Source: Schaalia odontolytica
GTDB taxonomy: Bacteria; Actinomycetota; Actinomycetes; Actinomycetales; Actinomycetaceae
Direction: 5' to 3'
DNA: 32,000 bases
NCBI RefSeq assembly: GCF_005696695.1
Contig: NZ_CP040006.1
Span: 360,001-392,000 of the forward strand
Each line of letters begins with the position of its first letter. Position 1 is the first letter of the stretch. The position numbers and the translations under genes were made by a program. This document shows positions 27,334 through 32,000 of this stretch, piece after piece. The notes beneath the pieces are model-generated. The model was not told the DNA's origin. It worked only from the letters and a program-made list of their open reading frames with translations, and made no database searches.

Positions 27334-28548
27334 ATGAGTCATCTGATGACACGCCTGGCGAGACGCGGTGCCGGCCTGGGAGCCGCCTGCGCGCTCGCGG
27401 GCGCGGTCCTCGTGTTCCCCGCAGCCCCGGCCCAGGCCTCGCGCGCGCCGATCACGTCGGATGAGCAGGACTACTACTCCTACTACTACCTGGGGCAGCT
27501 CCACGCGTCGGGTTACACCGGCAGGGGCGTGACGATTGGCCTGCTGGACGGCCCGGTCAACACGAACATCCCGGAGCTGCAGGGCGCGAACATCCAGTAC
27601 ATGAGCCGCTGCGACGTGGAGTCCAGCGAGGACAGCTGGGAGCACGGCACGGTCATCGCCCAGATGATCTCAGCACCGGAGTTTGGGATCGCCCCCGAGG
27701 CGAGGCTCAACCGCTACACGGTGTCGCTGAAAGGCGATACGCCGAGCAGGGATTGTGCGATCGGCTGGTGGGATGACGGATACTCTGATACGTCGGTTCT
27801 CATTGAGCTGGCGCTCAACGACGGGGTGGACGTGATCACGATGTCCTCGTCGTACAGCGCCGACACTGAGAGTATGCGCTGGGCGTTGGCTCGCGCGATC
27901 ACGCAGAAGGTGCCCGTCGTGGCCCCTCTCGGCAATGAGTCGGAGTACAACCCGTCCACGTCGCTCGCGCGCATGACCGGCGTGGTGGGGGCGTCGTCGG
28001 TGTACCCCGATGGGTCGCTGACCTCGTATTCGAACTATGGGGACTTCGTGTCGGCGGCGTCCGTGTCGCGTCCGTACGCGAGGAGCGGCATCACGTGGGA
28101 GACCGGGTATTGGCAGGGGACGTCGTTCGCGTCTCCGACGATCGCATCCTTCTTGGCGTTGGCGAAGCAGAGCTGGCCCGAGGCGACGGGTAATCAGCTC
28201 CTGCAGGCCCTGGCCCGCACGGGGATCGGCGGCAACGGTGGGTACTGGAACCCGTACACGGGGTACGGGGCGGTGGACCCATACGTGCTGCTGACGACGA
28301 ATCCGACCCAGTTCCCGGACGAGAACCCGTTCTTGAACAAGGGCTATGAGTCCATTCCGACCCAGCGTGACATCGCGGACTACGCGGACGGCCTGGTGGA
28401 TCCGAGGCGCATCAACGCAGATGATTCCTACCAGTATCGGGGCTTCGACGAGCGTCTCACCCTGAGCCACGAGCACGGCTACCCGACGCACCTGGGGACC
28501 AGCCCGCGCTTCCACGCGAGCAATGCGAGCAACGCGAAGAAGAAGTAG
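27334..28548 (+). CDS. Secreted S8 family serine peptidase (subtilase), paralog 2 (tandem duplicate of paralog 1)
   Basis: ATG 27334 follows GCGAAAGGACAG, the same RBS context as paralog 1. The signal is ARRGAGLGAACALAGAVLVFPAAPAQA/SR. Motifs: IGLLDGP, WEHGTVIAQ, LGNE, GTSFASPTIAS. The C-terminus is YPTHLGTSPRFHASNASNAKKK. It is collinear with paralog 1 along its whole length. Confidence 0.85.
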   Translation: MSHLMTRLARRGAGLGAACALAGAVLVFPAAPAQASRAPITSDEQDYYSYYYLGQLHASGYTGRGVTIGLLDGPVNTNIPELQGANIQYMSRCDVESSEDSWEHGTVIAQMISAPEFGIAPEARLNRYTVSLKGDTPSRDCAIGWWDDGYSDTSVLIELALNDGVDVITMSSSYSADTESMRWALARAITQKVPVVAPLGNESEYNPSTSLARMTGVVGASSVYPDGSLTSYSNYGDFVSAASVSRPYARSGITWETGYWQGTSFASPTIASFLALAKQSWPEATGNQLLQALARTGIGGNGGYWNPYTGYGAVDPYVLLTTNPTQFPDENPFLNKGYESIPTQRDIADYADGLVDPRRINADDSYQYRGFDERLTLSHEHGYPTHLGTSPRFHASNASNAKKK

Positions 28549-28567
28549 CGCGTAGGGAAGCGCCCCT

Positions 28568-28609
28568 GTCGCCCACGGTACGGTGGGTGGCAGGGGCGCT
28601 GCGCTGTGT
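28568..28609. terminator. Strong GC-rich hairpin between convergent S8 genes (bidirectional terminator candidate)
   Basis: AGCGCCCCTGTCGCCCAC (28568-28585) / GTGGGTGGCAGGGGCGCT (28592-28609). This gives 10 bp + 5 bp of pairing around a 3-nt internal mismatch, with a 6-nt loop. It lies between the stops at 28548 (+) and 28623 (-). Confidence 0.6.
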
Positions 28610-28622
28610 CGGGTTGCCGATG

Positions 28623-29864
28623 TTACTTCCGGTGGTAGCGGGGGCTCGTTCCCAGGTGGATCTCATTCTTTAGCTCCGACTGGTAGAGGATGACCTGATC
28701 GTCGGCGCCTCGGTACACGTAGGAATCGGGAAGCAGTGTGGTTTCAATGGGATTAATGAGTCCATCGGTGTAGTCAGCGACCTTGTCAGCCGTGGGCTCG
28801 GAACCACCCGGCTTCTGGATGATTGGGTTCTCATCCGGATACTGCGAAGGATCCGTATTGACCAGTGCGCCACCGTCAATCGCTCCATACCCGGTGTATT
28901 GCGTCCACTCGTGGTTGGGATTCAAGCTGGTGTGAACCAGGGCTTGAAGGATCTGGTTGGTGGTGGCGTTAGGCCACTTCTGGCGTGCCAGGGCGAGCAT
29001 TCCCGAGACGAGCGCGGTCGCGTTGGACGTGCCTGATGTGGTTGTGGGTGCTCCGGTGTTCGCGTCGACGGTGTTGATGGGGCCGCCGAACGCGGCGGTA
29101 ACAACGCCGTTTCCCCAGGAGGAGTAGGACGCGAAGGTGCCGTCACTGTTGATGGCGGACACGCCGACCACGCCGGACCAGCGGATCAGCTGCTCAATGC
29201 TGTTGTCGCTTGCCGTGTTGCCGGCGGATGCGACGATGATGACGCCTTCGCTCATCGCGCGGGTGAGAGCCCACTGAAATTCCGAATCACTTACTGGGGT
29301 GCCCTGAGAGATAGAGATGATCTGGGCGCCGTCATCGATGGCCTGGTTGATGAGGGTCCCCAGGGTATCGGTCAGGAGCCCGTCGGATACGCATGTGCCT
29401 GACGACACAGACTCAGCGTTGGAGAACTGGTAGCTGTACAGCGTGGCGTCGGGGGCTACACCCGTGTAAGGGGATACGAGCAAGGTTGCCATCGTGGTGG
29501 CGTGGCGAATGCCCCTTGGGGAGTCTTCGATGGTGCAGCGGCTCTTGTCGGTGATGTTGGCGCCGGCTAGTTCGGGGGCGCTGGTGTCGACTGGTCCGTC
29601 GATGAGGGCGATGGTGACGCCCTTGCCCGTGTAGCCCTTTTGGCGTGCAGAGTCCAGATGGTAGTACGAGAAGTACTCCTGGGTGGTGATGGGGTCCGCC
29701 GCGTGCGTGGGCGCCGGAGCCAGGGTGAGGGCCCCGGCTGCCAGCGCAAGCGCCGAGGCGGCGGTGGTCAGGGCGCGCGCGGCGCGCCCCGCCCTCCCCA
29801 CAAAACCGAAGGGAGAACGGGGCGCGGCGTTGGAACGAATGCTCACCACTGGCGCGGGTCCCAT
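28623..29864 (-). CDS. Secreted S8 family serine peptidase (subtilase), divergent paralog 3
   Basis: Same architecture as paralogs 1 and 2: ALIDGP (Asp), IRHATTMAT (His), AGNT (Asn), SGTSNATALVSG (Ser), conserved PDENP and a C-terminal HLGTSPRYHRK. The signal is ...ALALAAGALTLAPAPTHA/AD. ATG 29864 overlaps the upstream gene by 22 nt. Alternatively, GTG 29846 overlaps its stop as GTGA. Confidence 0.85.
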   Translation of the reverse strand: MGPAPVVSIRSNAAPRSPFGFVGRAGRAARALTTAASALALAAGALTLAPAPTHAADPITTQEYFSYYHLDSARQKGYTGKGVTIALIDGPVDTSAPELAGANITDKSRCTIEDSPRGIRHATTMATLLVSPYTGVAPDATLYSYQFSNAESVSSGTCVSDGLLTDTLGTLINQAIDDGAQIISISQGTPVSDSEFQWALTRAMSEGVIIVASAGNTASDNSIEQLIRWSGVVGVSAINSDGTFASYSSWGNGVVTAAFGGPINTVDANTGAPTTTSGTSNATALVSGMLALARQKWPNATTNQILQALVHTSLNPNHEWTQYTGYGAIDGGALVNTDPSQYPDENPIIQKPGGSEPTADKVADYTDGLINPIETTLLPDSYVYRGADDQVILYQSELKNEIHLGTSPRYHRK

Positions 29865-31540
29865 CCGTCATCGTTACGCTTCGCCGGCGCGATGTCCTTG
29901 TCCGTGCCGGAGGTCTGCGACAGGGGATTCACGTAGCCCGCGGGCAGCTCGTCCTCGTCGTCGTCGAACTTGAAGGCCACGTACCGGTTCTTACGTCCCT
30001 TCTTGTCGTCCTTGCCGGCGCCAGCACCCGCACCCGCGCCGGCCCCCATGAAGCCGCCGGAGCCTGCGCCGCCCTTGCCAGCAGCGCCGGCCGCGCCGGA
30101 TGCGCCGCCGCCGTTCGCGCCCGTGGTGCCCGTGACGCCCGAGGAACCGGCGGCACCGTTCGCGCCGCCGGCGCCGGCCGCGCCCGCAGAGCCGGCGGGA
30201 GGAGTGTAGGAGCCGAAGCCGGAACCCGAGTAGGAGCCGACCTTCAGGCCGGCCGCGCTCGCGCCACCCAGACCGCTGGTCGAGCCGGTCACGCCGCGCA
30301 TGCCCGCGGCGCCCATGCGACCGGCGCCGGACATACCACCGGCCGAACCGGAACCGCCGAGGCCGTTCGCACCCGCACCGGATCCGCCGAAGCGGCCGAG
30401 GGCGCTGGAACCGGCGCCGGCGCCACCGAAGCGACCGAAGACGCTGGAGCCGCCGAGGGAACCGGTTCCGCCGAAGCTGCCCGAACCCATGCGGGCCGCG
30501 CCGCGCAGGCCGAGCGCGCCTGCACCGAGGACACCCGCGCCGCCGAGGCGACCGGCCGTGGCGGAGTCGGAAGCTGCGCCTCCGTTCAGGCGCCACAGCG
30601 GGTGATGTGCGTCGGCCGGGGGTGCGGGGGTATGACCGCCGACGACGCCGTTACGGTACGCCGTGCCGTTTGCGGGGGTGTGGAGGAGGTCTGTGCCCAT
30701 GAGCTCCTGAGGATCAGTGATCGGGTTCGTCCGCGACCCAAGCTCGCCATAGGCGGGTTCCTGAGTGGGAATAGCGCCGGAAGCGACCGTGCGATTCTGG
30801 GCAGCGGCGGCGTCCGCCTCGCTCCACCACGGCTGGGCAAAACCACCCGGATAGTTCGCTGAGCTGGGACTTCTGTCGGCGGCGCGTCCAAAGCTATCGT
30901 CCAGACTTGGGGCCGACGTCGCTTGCTTGCCTGCGATAACGCCGACATCGATCGGGTCATTTGCGTGGCCTTGCACTTTATCTCGCAGTGCAGCCTGCTG
31001 CCTCATGAGCGCCGCGATGTTGCTCGTCCGCTGGTTCACCATCGAGAGGACGCGCTGCGCGGCAGCCTCGCGCTGGGCGTTCGCCTGTGCCTCGACCGCG
31101 TCCACGTAGGCGGCGCCGGTCGTGAAGCGTTTGCCCAGCACAGAAACGCCGCCTCCGGGTGAGGAGCTAGGAACCATAACGACGGGGTTGTCACGCATGG
31201 CCTCCGTGGCAGAGTCCAGAAGGGTCGGAGAGATCATCTCAGCTTCCTTCAGCGCTGTTGCCATCGTGGATCGACCGGCCTCGTAGCTCGTGTGTCCTGC
31301 CTCGTAGATCGACCGGACCATATTGATGCGGTGAAGCGATTCAGCTACCCACTGGGTCATCGCATCGGCGGTAGCGCCCTGAAAGCCCTGACTGTCGCTG
31401 TAACGCGTTAGTCGCTCGGTCGCTTCCTTGAAGCCTTTCAGCGTCTTCTTGTGGTCGGTATCCCATGCGTCCAGGTCGCGGTTGGTTCGGGCAGCCTCCA
31501 TGAAGACCTTGAGGCGCTCGTACATCGGTGACGAAACCAT
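29843..31540 (-). CDS. Hypothetical 565-aa protein with a helical WXG/LXG-like N-domain, a Pro/aromatic linker, a Gly-rich low-complexity region of about 190 aa, and a charged C-terminus ending DDGWDPRQW
   Basis: ATG 31540 follows AAAAGGGAAA. The N-terminal 190 aa or so have strongly helical composition, with SDSQGFQGATADAMTQWV resembling the WxG-AAxAf turn of WXG100/LXG domains. Residues 319-509 are G/A/S-rich (GRFGGAGAGSSALGRFGGSGAGANGLGGSGSAGG...). No N-terminal Sec signal or TM segment is evident. Confidence 0.8.
   Translation of the reverse strand: MVSSPMYERLKVFMEAARTNRDLDAWDTDHKKTLKGFKEATERLTRYSDSQGFQGATADAMTQWVAESLHRINMVRSIYEAGHTSYEAGRSTMATALKEAEMISPTLLDSATEAMRDNPVVMVPSSSPGGGVSVLGKRFTTGAAYVDAVEAQANAQREAAAQRVLSMVNQRTSNIAALMRQQAALRDKVQGHANDPIDVGVIAGKQATSAPSLDDSFGRAADRSPSSANYPGGFAQPWWSEADAAAAQNRTVASGAIPTQEPAYGELGSRTNPITDPQELMGTDLLHTPANGTAYRNGVVGGHTPAPPADAHHPLWRLNGGAASDSATAGRLGGAGVLGAGALGLRGAARMGSGSFGGTGSLGGSSVFGRFGGAGAGSSALGRFGGSGAGANGLGGSGSAGGMSGAGRMGAAGMRGVTGSTSGLGGASAAGLKVGSYSGSGFGSYTPPAGSAGAAGAGGANGAAGSSGVTGTTGANGGGASGAAGAAGKGGAGSGGFMGAGAGAGAGAGKDDKKGRKNRYVAFKFDDDEDELPAGYVNPLSQTSGTDKDIAPAKRNDDGWDPRQW
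30014..30586 (-). repeat. Low-complexity Gly/Ala/Ser-rich coding region (degenerate GGN-GCN repeats)
   Basis: The DNA is dominated by GCC/GGC/ACC-type triplets on the plus strand. It translates to G-rich repeats on the minus strand and produces spurious Pro/Ala-rich ORFs on the plus strand. Confidence 0.8.
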
Positions 31541-31567
31541 GATTAATTTCCCTTTTCTTATGAAGGC

Positions 31568-31990
31568 CTAGTATTCGCTTGGAGCCGAAGTGGCGGTTGA
31601 ACCACTCGTGGATCCGGATGACGATCCACCGCTCGACGCGTGAGGAAGTCCGCCGTTCATGAGTAGTGATCCGCCTAGGGAACTTGCCACGGCACCAGCC
31701 GTGCTCGAGGCGGTGGACACGCCGAAAACCTTTGAGAACTTACCGATCGATGCCTTCAAAGCCACGGCAGCGTCGGACTTGGCGACACGGTCGAGAGCCT
31801 GATTAATTTTCTCAATCCGCGCCTTGTTTTCGTGCTCCGTTCCCGTGAAGCTCGACAGTGCCGCATTGATCTCGGCCTCGAACGTGCTGATCAGGGCCGC
31901 TTCGTTTTTCAGGAGCTCAGATACTGCGTTAAACATTTCGGTAGAGCTGTCCTGCACGGAACGTGGACCCGTCTCATGCCCCCAAAACAT
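31568..31990 (-). CDS. Small helical-hairpin protein with a Ser/Gly-rich tail (WXG100-like in size and layout; family unassigned)
   Basis: 140-aa ORF (122 aa if the start is ATG 31936, MFNAVSELL...). It has two predicted long helices separated by SSFTGTEH (F-x-G at the turn), then a tail GGLPHASSGGSSSGSTSGSTATSAPSEY. It ends 27 nt upstream of the Gly-rich gene. The upstream context is cut by the window end. Confidence 0.6.
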   Translation of the reverse strand: MFWGHETGPRSVQDSSTEMFNAVSELLKNEAALISTFEAEINAALSSFTGTEHENKARIEKINQALDRVAKSDAAVALKASIGKFSKVFGVSTASSTAGAVASSLGGSLLMNGGLPHASSGGSSSGSTSGSTATSAPSEY

Positions 31991-32000
31991 GCTCTTCTGA

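Noticed and set aside
26084-29864. Calling the three S8 peptidases mycosins (MycP)
   Set aside because: The context is suggestive, but none has the C-terminal TM anchor expected for mycosins, the Asp context is DGP rather than DTG, and no Ecc core genes are visible. They are therefore kept as generic S8 subtilases.
29970-30605. Plus-strand Pro/Ala-rich ORFs (79 aa and 101 aa), and minus-strand alternative frames of 201 aa and 81 aa
   Set aside because: They are mirror or shifted frames of the Gly-rich low-complexity coding region of the 565-aa minus-strand gene. They have no independent start-site or RBS support.
1-32000. Search by eye for tRNA/rRNA genes, CRISPR arrays, transposases/integrases, toxin-antitoxin pairs, and a MoxR AAA+ gene
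   Set aside because: I recognised none. The intergenic regions are short (the longest are 344 bp and about 170 bp) and lack cloverleaf-like or repeat-spacer structure. No ORF shows DDE/tyrosine-recombinase or MoxR Walker motifs other than FtsH and RadA.

Overview
High-GC Actinomycetota chromosomal segment. Hand counts of single 60-nt lines give about 67% GC in the housekeeping part. The gene order is typical of Actinomycetales or Actinomycetaceae-like genomes. I see three blocks.

(1) 1-14.3 kb is conserved housekeeping. ppa lies on the minus strand and diverges from dacB, a DUF2342-slot hypothetical, tilS, hpt, ftsH, folE, folP, a folB::folK fusion, a DUF3180-like gene and a membrane-anchored hypothetical. 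This run converges on the radA-disA operon.

(2) 14.6-26.0 kb is a tightly coupled four-gene plus-strand operon with a 4-nt gap and then two start/stop overlaps. It encodes a 2013-aa membrane-anchored protein with about 11 cadherin-like repeats and about 5 FN3 domains. It also encodes a DUF58 protein and a TgpA-like transglutaminase-fold membrane protein whose nucleophile Cys appears replaced by Asp. The last gene is a Ser/Thr kinase with an FN3-like ectodomain. No MoxR AAA+ ATPase, the usual DUF58 partner, is present in the window. A near-perfect LexA/SOS box lies in the radA/giant-gene divergent region.

(3) 26.0-32.0 kb is a lower-GC accessory block with three paralogous secreted S8 subtilases, two in tandem and one convergent. 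The convergent one is translationally coupled to a 565-aa protein with a WXG/LXG-like helical N-domain and a long Gly-rich low-complexity region (PE_PGRS-like layout). A small helical-hairpin protein lies upstream of that gene. I consider blocks 2 and 3 the best candidates for undescribed systems.

I recognised no rRNA, tRNA, CRISPR array, transposase or integrase. Long antisense ORFs are high-GC artefacts.
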